64,000 nucleotides of DNA, from positions 434,001 to 498,000 of the forward strand of contig JASTWF010000327.1 of NCBI GenBank assembly GCA_030390025.1, written 5' to 3'. The DNA comes from Squalus acanthias. Taxonomy: Eukaryota. Below are positions 12,481 to 24,745 of this stretch, one piece after another. The notes under the pieces were generated by a model. The model was not told where the DNA came from. It did not search any database and saw only the letters and a list, made by a program, of their open reading frames with translations. Position 1 is the stretch's first letter; each line of letters begins with the position of its first letter. The translations under genes were made by a program, and so were the position numbers.

Positions 12481-13639
12481 ATGGGGGCTGCAATGATTGG
12501 GGGCGTCGTCCTGCTCCAGCTGAATCGGAGGATAGTGAGACGCAGACAGAGAGTGGCAATGATGGCCAGACGGAGGAGGGCCATCAGGCGCATGTACAGG
12601 AGAGCTTACCCTCCCAGGGTATATCGTGAACAGCTCTCCTACATCCATATGTCCGAGGAGCTGTGTTTGCGAAGGCTGCGATTCAGCAAAGGAGGTGGTC
12701 ACTGAGCTCTGCCACCTGCTGCAGCCAGATCTGCAGCCTCAGCTGAGGTCCAGGACGTCTCTGTCGGTGGCAGTGAAGGTCACAGTGGCTTTGAACTTCT
12801 ACGCCACTGGCTCATTCCAAGCTGCTGTTGGGGACCTCGCCAATATCTCCCACTTTGCGGTGCATCGCTGCATCCGGCAGGTCACCAATGCCCTCTTCAG
12901 AAGGAGACGAGACTTCATCTCTTTCCCTATGACCCCAGACAAGCAGCATGACCGTGCTATGGGCTTTGCGAGGGTAGCGGGCTTCCCCATGGTGCAGGGC
13001 GCCATTGACTGCACGCATGTGGCTTTGCGTGCTCCGCGAGAGAATGCAGAGGAATTCAGGAACAGAAAGGGGTTCCATTCCTTGAATGTGCAGTTGGTCT
13101 GTGACCACAGACAGGTGATTCTCGCTGTCAATGCCCACTATCCGGGCAGCTGCCACGATGCTTTCATCCTGCGCCAGACTACTGTGGCAGAACTTTTCGA
13201 GGCACCGCATCAGCCAGTTGGTTGGCTTCTGGGGGACAAGGGGTACGCATTGAGCACCTGGCTGATGACACCGCTCCGTACGCCAAACACCCCTGCTGAG
13301 CTGCGGTACCAGGAAAGCCATCAAGCAACCAGGAACATTATTGAGCGCACAATCGGCGTGCTGAAACAACGGTTCCGCTGTCTGGACCATTCCGGAGGAG
13401 CCCTGCAGTACTCGCCTGAGCAAGTTTCGAACTTCGTAGTCGTGTGCTGCATGTTGCACAACATGGCAATCCTCAGGACCCAGCCAATGCCACCAGGCCT
13501 TGTAGCACCACCAGAGGAGGAGGAGGAAGAGGAGGAACAGGACGAGGACGATGATCATCAGCACCAAGGCAGGAGGGCGGCCCACAATGGTCAAACTGCA
13601 AGGGCCGTCCGTCAACGACTAATAGCAAGCCGCTTCTAG
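12481..13639 (+). CDS. Harbinger DDE transposase (HARBI1-like, ~385 aa if repaired) with a single +1 frameshift at ~12688-12690
   Basis: ATG at 12481 gives ...LRRLRFS; an extra A shifts into EVVTELC. Catalytic motifs GAIDCTH, LLGDKGY and IIERTIG are present, as are RNRKGFHSLNVQLVCD and CCMLHN. Confidence 0.92.
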
Positions 13640-13898
13640 GGCCCCTGCCATTGCTACAAACACTAATCAACCCAGCACGCAACCCCTAAGCCGGCCAAGG
13701 CACCAATAATTCCAACCACCAGCCATGTATATTTTGAATACAGAAACTTATTTATTTTACAAACTCTGTGTGTGTCAATTCCTTATGACAAACTCATAGA
13801 AATAAACACAAAAAAACAGTCAATAACATAACTGGTTCTCACAACCTGGAGATAATGTCCAAAACACTAAACAAAAGTTGGACCATGAACCTCGGCCT

Positions 13899-15757
13899 TT
13901 AATAAAAAAATGACCAGCATTTTGGCACACCTCCTACTTTTTGCCCTTCGAGGGTGATCTCCTTCCCTTGCGCACTTCCCCCCCTTCTAACCCTACTGCT
14001 CCTCCGTAATGGGACCTCAGTGGCTGCAGCAAGGCTGGTGGAAGGCTGCTGCTCGTCAGACCCTGACACTGCAGATGCCCCTGAAGGACGGCCTCGACCA
14101 CTTCTGGGCCTGGAGGGCCCGGCTGCAGACTGCACCAACTCTGCATGGGCGGCAGCAGTCTGTCCTACAGGCGGTGGCAAGTGCAGTGGAGAAGTGACAG
14201 TGTTGGCAGCAGGAATGCTGTCATCGTGAGAGAGGACAGCAACTCCCTGCTCGCCCGACACACTGGCACTCCCACGGGGCAGCACTTCAGCATCCGGAGC
14301 AATTTGCCGGAGAACAGATTGCTGGCCTGCTGCGGCGCGGTGACAGCCCCGGGGACATGTGCACGAACCATCGAGGATGGCAGCAGTCAGTGCTCGCGTG
14401 GCCTCAATCTGAGTCTGCATGAGAGCAGTCTCAGATGGGTTCCTGGCAGCCAGTGACTGAATTGCAGCACTAAGCGTTAGTGTGGCATCCGCCTGTGCTA
14501 CAGCGAAGTGCTCCACACTCCTTGCCAGTGCCTCAATGCATTCGGGCACCCTTCCCACTGCACCCATGAGCTCAGTGTGCATGCCCACCGCCTGGCTGTT
14601 CATTTCTGCAATCAGCCGCTCCTCCTCTGCGTCCATTGCAGTAGGAGTGTCTGGCATACTCTCCCTCTGGGGAGAAGGCTCCCGTTCTTCCCTCCCCCCC
14701 CCATGGCGTTGCTGCAGCCCGCTGGGTCCTGGAGCTTCACCATCATCAGCCCCTTCCCCCCTGCTCCCCTCCGGGGAAGGCGTGTTCCCAGTGTGGCCAT
14801 GGGCTTCCTCGGGAGAGGGTGGCACTGATGCTCCGGCTTCCTCTTCCTCCTCAGCTGCAGCATCACTCCCAGTGGCAGCTTCAGGGCCCGTCTCCTCAGC
14901 TGGTGAATCACCATCTGAAAGCAGGGAGGTACAAGAGTGGCTTTAGCGTGAGGACAGGGTGGCAGTAAGGGAGGAATAAGTGCAGCGAGTTAGCAAGTTG
15001 GATTGAAAGTGTCAAAGGCTGGTATTGTGAGGGACAAGTGGAAGGACAGAGGACAAAAAGGTGATGACCTTACCATTGCTGTCCACAACGGGGTCGGCGT
15101 CCCCAGTGGCGACGGGACCGATCACCCGGCTTGCCACAATCCTGTGGACGCGCTCCTCAAGATCGCTGAGGGGTTGCAGCTGAAGCCGCCCTCCACCCGT
15201 CCGTTGCTGCTGTCTCCGATTATGAGCCAGCTTAGCCTGCAAGAAAAAGGACAGCATCTGAGTAAATATACAGCCATGGTCTTGCCTGATGTGCCTCCCA
15301 TAGGTGAATAGCCCTTACAATATGCAGCCATGGTCTTGCCTGATGTGCCTCCCATAGGTGAATAGCCCTTACTGTATGCAAAGTGTGGAATGTGTGTGTG
15401 TGTTTGATGAAAGGGCCATAGGTGTTGCATGAGTGTTGTGCATTGGGGTTTTAAGACCCTCTGGCCATAGAGTGAGGTTGAGATGGAGGGATGGAGAGGT
15501 ATTGAGAAAAAGCCACTCACCCTGACGACCCGAGTGAGGTCGTTGAACTTTTTGCGGCACTGAACATGGGTCCTGGGCACCATGCTCCTGGAGGAGACGC
15601 TCTGAGCCACCTCCCTCCACACTCTTCTGAACTCGCGTGGCAAAGGCCTCCTGCCACTCTCCGGGAACAGCATGCATCGTCTGCGCTCCACTGCGTCAAC
15701 CAGAGCATCCAAGGCCCGCTCGGTGAAGCGATGAGCGCGTTCTCTCACCCTCTCCAT
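13899..15757 (-). CDS. Harbinger Myb/SANT-like DNA-binding protein, 3 exons (15757-15521, 15236-15074, 14914-13899), ~471 aa, intact
   Basis: Exon 1 has RFTERALDALV...W.EVAQSVSS...RTHVQCRKKFNDL (trihelix). GT-AG junctions (GTGAGT, ttgcag, GTAAGG, tttcag) join in frame for 237+163+1016 nt. Exon 2 has RTGGG; exon 3 is acidic/low-complexity. Confidence 0.85.
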
Positions 15758-17039
15758 GCTTGGCAGCAAAATGGATTACAGGTCTCTCCAGGCTGAGATT
15801 CAAGGCTGCAATGAGCAGGGTGTGGCTGGGGAGCAAGTGGCCCCCCCCGCTTTAAGAAGTGTCCGGCGCCAGTGTGTCTGTGTTCCCTCGCTAACTGGCA
15901 GCAGCTGCGCTGCGCTCGTGCGCTGAGGTAGCGCCTCACTCCTAGGCCTTTGCGCCTTAAGAGAGGTGTGCAGCGCCTAATTTAGCGCTCCACTCACCTC
16001 CCGGGGCGGTAAAAGTGAAGTTTCCTGTCAGTGCCGATAATTAGCGCCAGGCGCTAATATTTGCGCTCGGATGATATTTGCGCCCCAAATGGGGCGCGAC
16101 CTAATTTCTACCCCCAAGTAATTTCCCAGTAGTGTGTGGCCTCTTTATTCTTCCTACCAAAACACACCACCTCACACTGATCTACATTGAAATTCATTTG
16201 CTAATTAAACACCCATTCTGCAAATTTATTCATGTCTTCTTCCATTTTCTCGCAGTCTTCCTCATTGTTATCTACACATCTCAATTTGGTGTCATCGCCG
16301 AATTTTGAAATTGTACTTCCGATTCCCAGTGCAAATCGTTTAGATAAATGATGAACAACAGTGATCCCAGCATCGATCCCTGTGGAACACCACTTCCCAC
16401 CTTTTGCCAGTCTGAGTAGCTACTCCCAACCCCTAAGTCTGTAAGATCTAGAAGATGACCCAGGTCAGGCCGTGTGGAGTGAAGGGCCAGGCAGCAGAAT
16501 GGATGGAAAGATGGCTACAAAACAGAAATCAGAGGGTTGGAGTTAAGGGAAGTTTGTTGTGATCTTTCCATCCATTCTGCTGCCTGGCCCTTGACTCCAC
16601 ACGGCCTGACCGTGGTCATCTTGTAGACCGTACATACTGCAGACACAGTGCACCAATGGTGGAGGGGGTGGATATTGAGTCCTGTGGCAGGGCGCTGATG
16701 AAGTGGATTTCTCTGTCCGTGAGTTTTGAGGCATTGCTAGTGGCATTTTTCACCTCTTTCCACCTTTAACATAAAATCTTATTGCCAGTTTATTAAAGCC
16801 TCTCGGGTAGGTCACAAAAAAAATTCAGGCCTCATAAGTTTCCCTCAGAATGACAGGCCTGAACCCGAGTTAGAAAACATTTAGTAATTAAACCAGACTG
16901 GGCGGGGCCTGAGGTGTGAGTTAATAACGGAAAATTAGTGGCCAGCGTACTTCACACCAGGGCTGAGGACCCGGGCACTCGGGTTTCTGTATCATTTATT
17001 GATTAATTTAGTTTATTGCCCAATCTTAATCAGACAGGC

Positions 17040-17585
17040 GAGTCATCTTGCTGTCTGGCGGAGGCGAGGGTCCCCAATGGAGGGCTCTCTACGCGGGGGT
17101 CCTTCCCTGCACCATTGGGGATCTGGGGTGGAGACTGTTGCAAGGAGCTGTCGTGTGCAACAGTTTAAGCTCCTTTCCGAACTCCAAGGCCAGATGTGTT
17201 TTTTGCAGCCTAGAGGAGTCCACGGGCCGTGTATATATTCAGTGTGAGAGGTTGCAGCCCTTGTATAGTTACCTGAAGGGACTGCTCCTCAACTCTTGGT
17301 TACACTTTAGCCCCACGCTCCTAATCTTTGGCCGCCCGGTGCGGAGGGGGGTGGGTAAGTCGGAGGATCTTCTCCTGGACCTGCTCTTGGGCCTGGCGAA
17401 AACAGCAATTTGTAGTTCCAGGATGGGTGGGGCCCATGGGGGGGGGTCACTCTGGCTGCCTGCCTCTCTCCCGTGGTCTTGTCCATGCCCGGGTGGCCCT
17501 GGAGAGGGAGCAGGCGGTGTCCACCGGTTCACTTGATACCTTCCTCGACCGGTGGGCACGGAAGGTATCAAGAGGCGATAATCGA
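17040..17585 (+). mobile_element. L1/Tx1-clade LINE ORF2 C-terminal fragment
   Basis: WRALY...DLGWRLLQGAV...CVFC...EES...IQCERL...LLGLAKTAI resembles the Tx1 C-terminal zinc-knuckle region. Confidence 0.7.
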
Positions 17586-18259
17586 TCCTCAGAATCACAT
17601 TGTGATTTCATTATTAATTGTGTGTGTGTCACAAATACATTTCTTCTAATTTGATACAAAAGCTCTACTAGACATGTTAAACTACTAGTTATTTAATCAG
17701 GGCTGCAGCTGCTGAAAGGTTGACTGTACTGAGGTTTGTGGCCAGAGCTGGCAGACGTGTTGTTCTGAAGTCTGATGTCTCACACCTGAAGAGTCTGTTT
17801 ATGTCGTGTTGTAATTACCTTTTTCTGTTGCCTGGTGTCAGAAATAGAAATCAAAGGGAGATGATGCCTCACTCTGTTAATCAACTCTTTGACACATTTC
17901 CGTGCATTTCCTTTCTTAATTTACAAAGATCACAACTCCATTAGTGAACAATGGATTGCCAGTCTGCCACTTTTTAGTGAGGCTTGAAAGGATTCGCTGT
18001 GAAGCTACACCTGCCCATCTGTCTGTGTGTCACTGTGTTTGGATTGTGTTAGACAATAGTCCTAATATCTCGCCGACATCAATTACAATTTTTGAAATGT
18101 TAGATTGTACTTGGAAGAAGTTGAGTTTGAATCTGACAATTCTGAAATTGGGAGCTGTTAATGATTTCTGTTTTCACATAACTATTTAGTGATGTGATCA
18201 GTCAAAGCAAATTAAAAGATGTTGCTATTTACTGAACACAACTGAATAATTCTACAAGG

Positions 18260-18450
18260 ATGCTATCACAGTCTTCCTCAGTATTAACTACACCCCCCAA
18301 TTTCGTGTCATCAGCAAATTTTGAAATTGTACCTCTGATTCCCAAGTCCAAATCATTCATGTAAATGGTGAACAACAGTGGTCCCAGCACCGATCCCCGT
18401 GGAACACCACTTCCCACCTTCCGCCCATCTGAGTAAATACCTTTAACTCA
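18260..18450 (-). mobile_element. CR1 RT fragment
   Basis: GVPRGSVLGPLLF...FADDTKLG. Confidence 0.8.
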
Positions 18451-18979
18451 TCCCGTTACTATAACTGGACTTGTCTCCATTCCCGTGCCGAGGGGATTGC
18501 TGTACCAGACAGAAGGGGCAACATTTGGGGACTCTCGATTCTCCACCAATTCCCATTCCCCTTCTTTCTGGTGGATAATGGAGGTGCCACTGTGTGTAAT
18601 GTGCAAGTCAGTAAGAATTGTCAGCGAGGATTAATCAGCACTTTCTAATTGGAGATGTTAATCAGTGGAACCTTTTAGGCACTGAATTGTAGATTTTATA
18701 CCAAAGATTAATATACGATTGAAGTAAAAGTTCATAATTTTATTGTAAAATAATTCAGGGACTCTCATCAGAAATTAAGGGGAAAGATCAGACAGCGGTT
18801 CTTAAAGGGACACTGTAGCCCCGACAACTCAATCAGCTATATATCCAGAATATTAAACTCCAGCCCAGTTATAGGGGTTATTAACATCAGCAGAAACAAA
18901 CCCCAACTGTCAAAATGAACATGGTTTAGTCCTGGATGTGATTAACAGCAGCAATAACAGCAGAATCCAACCCCTGCAG

Positions 18980-19822
18980 TCACTTGTGAACTCGCTGGTG
19001 TTTCAGCAGGTGGGATAACTGAATGAATCCCTTCCCACACACGGAGCAGGTGAACGGCCTCTCCCCAGTGTGAACTCGCTTGTGTGTCAGCAGGTTGGAT
19101 GATCGACTGAATTCCTTCCCACACACGGAGCAGGTGAACGGCCTCTCCCCAGTGTGAACTCGCTTGTGTGTCCGAAGGCCAGATGAACGAGTGAATCCCT
19201 TCCCACACACGGAGCAGGTGAACGGCCTCTCCCCAGTGTGAACTCGCTGGTGTGTCTGGAGACTGGACGAGCGAGTGAATCCCTTCCCACACACGGAGCA
19301 GGTGAACTGCCTCTCCCCAGTGTGAACTCGCTGGTGTGTCAGCAGGTGAGATGACTGAGTGAATCCGTTCCCACACACTGAGCAGGTGAACGGCCTCTCC
19401 CCAGTGTGAACTCGCTGGTGTGTCAGCAGGTGAGATGACTGAGTGAATCCGTTCCCACACACGGAGCAGGTGAACGACATCTCCCCAGTGTGAAGTCGCT
19501 GGTGTACAATGAGGTAGGATGACTGCTTGAACCTCTTCCCACAGTGAGTGCAGCTGAATGGTTTTTCATCAGTGTGAACTCGCAGATGTGTCTGGAGAAT
19601 GTGCGGGTGAGTGAATCCCTTCCCACACACGGAGCAGGTGAATGGCCTCTCCCCGGTGTGACAGCGATGATGATTTTTCAGCTCAGACGGGTAATTGAAT
19701 CCTTTCCCACACACGGAGCAGGTGAACAGTCTCTCCCCGGTGTGACCGCGTTGATGAATTTCCAGTTGGGATGGGTAATTGAATCCCTTCCCACAGTCCC
19801 CACATTTCCACGGTTTCTCCGT
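18980..19822 (-). CDS. C2H2 zinc-finger gene C (10 fingers; open frame from ACG at 19822, ~280 aa)
   Basis: Uninterrupted frame EKPWKCGDC...HQRVHK*; upstream in-frame TGAs at 19859-19861 and 20018-20020; exon acceptor near 20185. The start codon is uncertain. Confidence 0.8.
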   Translation of the reverse strand, partial: TEKPWKCGDCGKGFNYPSQLEIHQRGHTGERLFTCSVCGKGFNYPSELKNHHRCHTGERPFTCSVCGKGFTHPHILQTHLRVHTDEKPFSCTHCGKRFKQSSYLIVHQRLHTGEMSFTCSVCGNGFTQSSHLLTHQRVHTGERPFTCSVCGNGFTQSSHLLTHQRVHTGERQFTCSVCGKGFTRSSSLQTHQRVHTGERPFTCSVCGKGFTRSSGLRTHKRVHTGERPFTCSVCGKEFSRSSNLLTHKRVHTGERPFTCSVCGKGFIQLSHLLKHQRVHK

Positions 19823-20343
19823 GGTGCGGGTGTCCTTGTGTTTCTCCAGGTTGGACGATCAGTTGAAGCCTCGTCCACACACAGAACACGTGTATGGTTT
19901 CTCCCCGCTGTGAATGGTGCGATGTTTTTTCAGGCTGTGTAACTGGTTAAAGCTCTTTCCACTGTCAGTGCACTGGAACATTCTCACTCGGGTGTGTGTG
20001 TCTCAGTGCTTTTCCAGTCACACTGATGTTTGAAATCTTTCCCCACAGACAGAACAGACAAACATTTCTCCTTCCACATTCAAAGGCCGATGATATTCAG
20101 GTCCTGATGAATGGAGTGACTCTGTCAGATCTTGGTGATGTTTGGTTTGAGTTTCCCGTCTGTAAATCCTCCCCTTCTAATACCCTGTAAAAGGAGTTTA
20201 CAAAAGTTATCACTGTAAGTACAGGATAGAAATTCAGAACAGACAATTCTAGTTTCTATGGAACAATATTTCCTCTCTTGTTTCCCCAAAGCTGTAAATC
20301 CCCGTCCCACACACTCTCCCTCCTCCCTGTGCTGAAATCCAAA

Positions 20344-21037
20344 TCGGTACATCGGCGAGACCATGCAGACACTGAGACAACGTATGAACGAGCACCGCGC
20401 AACAATCGCCAGGCAGGATTGTTCCCTCCCAGTCGGGGAACACTTCAGCAGTCAAGGACATTCAGCCTCGGATCTGCGGGTAAGCGTTCTCCAAGGCAAC
20501 CTTAGAAACACACGACAACGCAAAATCATCGAGCAGAAACTGATAGCCAAGTTCTGCACTCATGAAGACGGTCTCAATCGGGATCTTGGGTTTATGTCAC
20601 GATACATGACGTGATCCGGACTCGAGTCGTCGTTAGCTTGTTCACAGATGTGATTCCCAGTAAAAAAGTAAAAATTTTCCCAGTAAAAAAGTAAATTTTT
20701 TTTTAAAGCTTTTCGTTTTACATACATACGGCAGCTTTTGACACGTTAGAACCCCTGCGACTTCACCTCATTGTCTCAGTTGTATCTTGCTATGTCTTTT
20801 GATGTGGTACCTTCCTGGCTGACTTAATTAACTTTATCACACCTCGGCAGATAGTCAGGATGATTTAATTTATTGGTCTGCAATTGTAAAGTACACATGC
20901 TTTTTTTTCCATCTATATATGCTCTGACGATTCTGTATCCAATTTACTTCACCTGAGGAAGGAGCGATAGTTCCGAAAGCTTGTGATTTCAAATAAAACT
21001 GTTGGACTATAACCTGGTGTTGTGCGACCTCTCAATT
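20344..21037 (+). mobile_element. 5'-truncated Penelope-like element (GIY-YIG C-terminus, 3' UTR, hammerhead)
   Basis: TLRQRMNEH...EQKLIAKF...GLNRD; 12-bp TSD CTGAAATCCAAA (20332-20343 / 21038-21049); empty site in the paralog at ~32935. Confidence 0.85.
20949..20986 (+). ncRNA. Minimal type I hammerhead ribozyme
   Basis: Reads tcac-CTGAGGA-a-GGAGC-gata-GTTCC-GAAA-GCTT-gtga. Confidence 0.65.
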
Positions 21038-21179
21038 CTGAAATCCAAACCCATTGCACCATCTCCAACATTTCTTTCCTCCACTCCCAGTTTTCCCCTC
21101 CCTCTACTCTGGTTGGGTTCAGTTCTACACCCGCTGTGTGCAGAGTGAGAATAAAATCAATGAGTCAATGATTGTCTCT

Positions 21180-21610
21180 CCTGGTCACTGGGACCCTGAA
21201 GCCCCGCCCACTCCCTGTTCCTGGCGAAAAACTGGCCGCGCATGCGCCGTGATCCGGCCCTGTCCAAGATGGCGGCCAGTGACCCCGCTGACCCGGGCGG
21301 CCGGGCCTGTCACCGCGGGGCAAACACGGGGCCTGTGGGCTTCGGGGCCTGAGGCCTACACCAGGTGTTTATGAAGCTTCCCAGCCCAGCCGCGAGTCCA
21401 ATTCCTCTCCGAACTCACAATCTCCTACCGCTTCCCGGGAGCGTGTCTTCCGATACAAACCCATCGAGCTCACTCGCACTACGCATGCTCAGAACACTGC
21501 CCGATCCTGCGCCTGCGCACTGGACTCTTGTAGTCATTGATAGGACACATTCTGCCGCGCGGGGGGTTCTGGGTAAACATCCCGCCATTGAAAGCCCCAA
21601 TTGGTGCGAA
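21180..21610 (-). promoter_or_regulatory. CpG-island promoter of ZNF gene C
   Basis: GCGCATGCGC at ~21238, YY1-like CAAGATGGCGGC at ~21265; inverted paralog of 45950-46380. Confidence 0.6.
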
Positions 21611-21704
21611 GAACATTTTTTATCATCCCATCGAGATTGAGGCCGGAAGGGCAATAAACAAAATTAATTTAAAAAAAGAGCCTGGTCCCTCCGCCGTCGT
21701 GCGA

Positions 21705-22415
21705 CCCTGAAATGAGCTTCCGACCACATATCCGCAGCATAACAAAGACCGCCTACTTCCACCTCCTTAACATCGCCCGTCTCCACCCTTGCCTCCGCTC
21801 ATCCGCTGCTGAAACCCTCATCCATGCCGTTGTTACCTCTAGATTTGACTATTCCAGTGAACTCCTGGCTGGCCTCCCACATTCTACCCTACGTAAACTT
21901 GAGGTCATCCAAAACTCTGCTGCTCCTGTCCTAACTTGCACCAAGTCCCATTCGCCCATCACCCCTGTGCTCGCTGACCTACATTGGCTCCTGGTTAAGC
22001 AACGCCTCAACTTCAAAATTCTCATCCTTGTTTTCAAATCCCTCCATGACCTCGCCCCTTCCTATCTCTGTATCTCCTTCAGCCCCACAACCCCCCGCGA
22101 TATCTGCGCTCCTCTAATTCTGCCCTCTTGAGCATCCCTGATTATAATCGCTCAACCATTGGTGGCCGTGCCTTCTGTTGCCTAGGCCCTAAGCTCTGGA
22201 ATTCCCTGCCTAAACCTGTCCGCCTCGCTACCTCTCTTTCCTTCTTTAAGATGCTCCTTAAAACCTACCTTTTTTACCAAGCTTTTGGTCACCTGCCCTA
22301 ATTTATCCTTATGTGGATCGGTATCAAATTTTTTGTCTTAAAATACTCCTGTGCAGCGCCTTGGGACGTTTTACTATGGTAAAGGTGCTATATAAATACA
22401 AGTTGTTGTTGTTGA
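21705..22415 (+). mobile_element. L2 LINE 3' fragment
   Basis: HIRSITKTAYFHL.NIARL...SRFDY...ITPVLADLHWL; 3' tail gctatataaatacaagttgttgttg. Confidence 0.85.
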
Positions 22416-22484
22416 CGTACGCTGGCCGCCAATTTTCAGTGACCAACTCGTACCTCAGGGCCCGCCCAGTCTGGTGTAATTTTT

Positions 22485-24710
22485 TTTTATTCGTTCATGT
22501 GATCTGGGCGTCGCAGGCAATGCCAGCATTTATTGCCCATCCCTAATTGCCCTTGAGAAGGTGGTGGTGTGCTGCCTTCTTGAACCGCTGCAGTCCGTGT
22601 GGTGAAGGTACACCCACAGAGCTGTTCAGAAGGGACCCAGTGACGATGAAGGATCGGCGATACACTTCTAAGTCAGGATGGTGTGTGACTTGGAGGGGAA
22701 CTTGGAGGTGGTGGTGTTCCCATGCGCCTGCTGCCCTTGTCCTTCCAGGTGGAAGAGGTCGCGGGTTTGGGAGGTGCTGCTGAAGAAGCCTTGGCGAGTT
22801 GCTGCAGTACATCTTGTAGATGGTACACACTGCAGCCACGGTACGTGGGTGGTGGAGGGAGTGAATGTTTAAGGTGGTGGATGGGGTGCCAATCAAGCGG
22901 GCTGCTTTGTCCTGGATGGTGTCAAGCTTCTTGAGTGTTGTTGGAGTTGCACTCATGCAGGCAAGTGGAGAGTATTCCAACACACTCCTTACTTGTGCCT
23001 TGTAGATGGTCGAAAGGCTTTCGGGAGCCAGGAGGTGAGACACTCGCCGCAGAATACCTAGCCTCCGACCTGCTCTTGTTGCCACAGTATTTATGTGGCA
23101 GGTCCAGTTAAGTTTCTGGTCAATGGTGACCCCCAGAATGTTGATGGTGGGGGATTCGGCGATGATAATGCCGTTGAATACCAAGGGGAGCTGGTTAGAC
23201 TCTCGCTTGTTGGAGATAGTCATTGCCTGGCACTTCTATGATGTGAATGTTACCTGCCACTTATCAGCCCAAGCCTGAACGTCATCCAGGTCCTGTTACA
23301 TGTGGGCATGGACTGCTTCATTATCTGAGGAGTTGTGAATGGTACTGAACACTGTGCAGTCATCAGCAATGACCTTATGTTGGAGGGAATGTCATTGATG
23401 AAGCAGCTGAAGATGGTTGGGCCTGGGACACTGCCCTGAGGAACTCCTGCAGCGATGTCCTGTGGATGTGATGATTGACCTTCAACCATCACAACCATCT
23501 TCCTTTGTGCTAGGTATGACTCCAGCCAGTGGAGAGTTTCCACCACCCACCGCCCCCCCCCCCCCCCGCTCCGATTCCCATTGACTTCAGTTTTACTAGG
23601 GCTCCTTGATGCCACACTCGGTCAAATGCTGCCTTGATGTCAAGGGCATTCACTCTCACCTCACCTCTGGAATTCAGCTCCTTTGTTCATGTTTGGACCA
23701 AGGCTGTAATGAGGTCGGGAGCCGAGTGGTCTTGGCGGAACCGAAACTGGGCATCAGTGAGCAGGTTATTGGTGAGTAAGTGCCGGTTGATAGCACTGTC
23801 GATGACACCTTCCATCACTTTGCTGATGATTGAGAGTAGACTGATGGGGCGGTAATTGGCTGGATTTGATTTGTCCTGCTTTTTGTGGACAGGATGTACC
23901 TGGGCTGTTTTCCACATTGTCGGATAGATGCTAGTGTTGTAGCTGTACTGGAACAGCTTGGCTCGAGGCACAGCTAATTCTGGAACACAAGTCTTCAGCC
24001 CAACAGCCGGGATGTTGTCGGGGCCCATAGCCTTTGCTGTATCCAGTGCACTTAGCCGTTTCTTGATATCATGTGGAGTGAATCGAATTGGCTGAAGACT
24101 GGCTTCTGTGATGGTGGGGACCTCAGGAGTAGGCCAATATGAATCATCCACTCGGCACTTCTGGTTGAAGACGGTTGCAAACGCCTCAGCCTTGTCTTTT
24201 GCACTCACGTGCTGGGCTCCACCATCATTGAGGATGGGTATATTCATGAAGCCTACTCCTCCCGTTAGTTGTTTAATGGTCCACCACCATTCGCGACTGG
24301 ATGTGGCAAGACTGCAGAGCTTTGATCTGATCCGTTGATTGTGGGATCGCTTAGCCCTGTCTGTAGCATGCTGCTTCCGCTTTTTAGCATGCATGTAATC
24401 CTGTGTTGCAGCTTCCCCAGGTTGGCACCGCATTTTTAGGTTTGCCTGGTGCTGCTCCTAGCATGCTCTTCCACTGGCAAGGTCTTCCACACTCCTCATT
24501 AAACCAGGGTTGGCCCCTGGCTTGATGGTAATGGTAGATTGAGGGATATGCCAGGCCATGAGGTTACAGATTGTGGTGGAATACAATTCTGCTGCTGCTG
24601 ATGGCCCACTGCGCCTCATGGATGCCCAGTTTTGAGCTGCTAGATCTGTTCTGAATGTATCCCATTTCGCACGGTGGTATTGCCAAACAACACGATGGAG
24701 GGTCTCCTCA
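22485..24710 (-). mobile_element. CR1/L2-clade non-LTR retrotransposon fragment (RT)
   Basis: ORFs 23687-24433 (GPDNIP, NYRPISLLS), 23250-23615 (GVPQGS) and 22543-23223. Confidence 0.88.
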
Positions 24711-24745
24711 TACTGAGTCTTTCTAATTCCTATTTTATAGTCTCA

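Larger units (their letters stand above)
11969..16114 (+). mobile_element. Full-length PIF/Harbinger DNA transposon (4146 bp)
   Basis: TIRs GGGGTAAAAATT (11969-11980) and AATTTCTACCCC (16103-16114); 3-bp TSD CAA (11966-11968 / 16115-16117); convergent transposase and Myb/SANT genes; GCGC-rich subterminal regions. Confidence 0.95.
11160..16435 (-). mobile_element. CR1 LINE fragment split by the Harbinger transposon (CR1 parts 11160-11968 and 16115-16435)
   Basis: ORF 11314-11832 is a CR1 RT C-terminus; the sequence resumes after 16117 with the upstream RT part. Confidence 0.85.

Noticed and set aside
12481..13639. Domesticated host gene HARBI1 (or NAIF1 for the Myb gene)
   Set aside because: The genes are bounded by TIRs and a TSD and inserted inside a CR1, so this is a transposon copy.
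19859..20020. Selenoprotein interpretation of the conserved TGAs
   Set aside because: The TGAs are at helix positions rather than Cys positions, no SECIS was recognised, and the leader frame is broken in gene F; kept only as a low-probability alternative.
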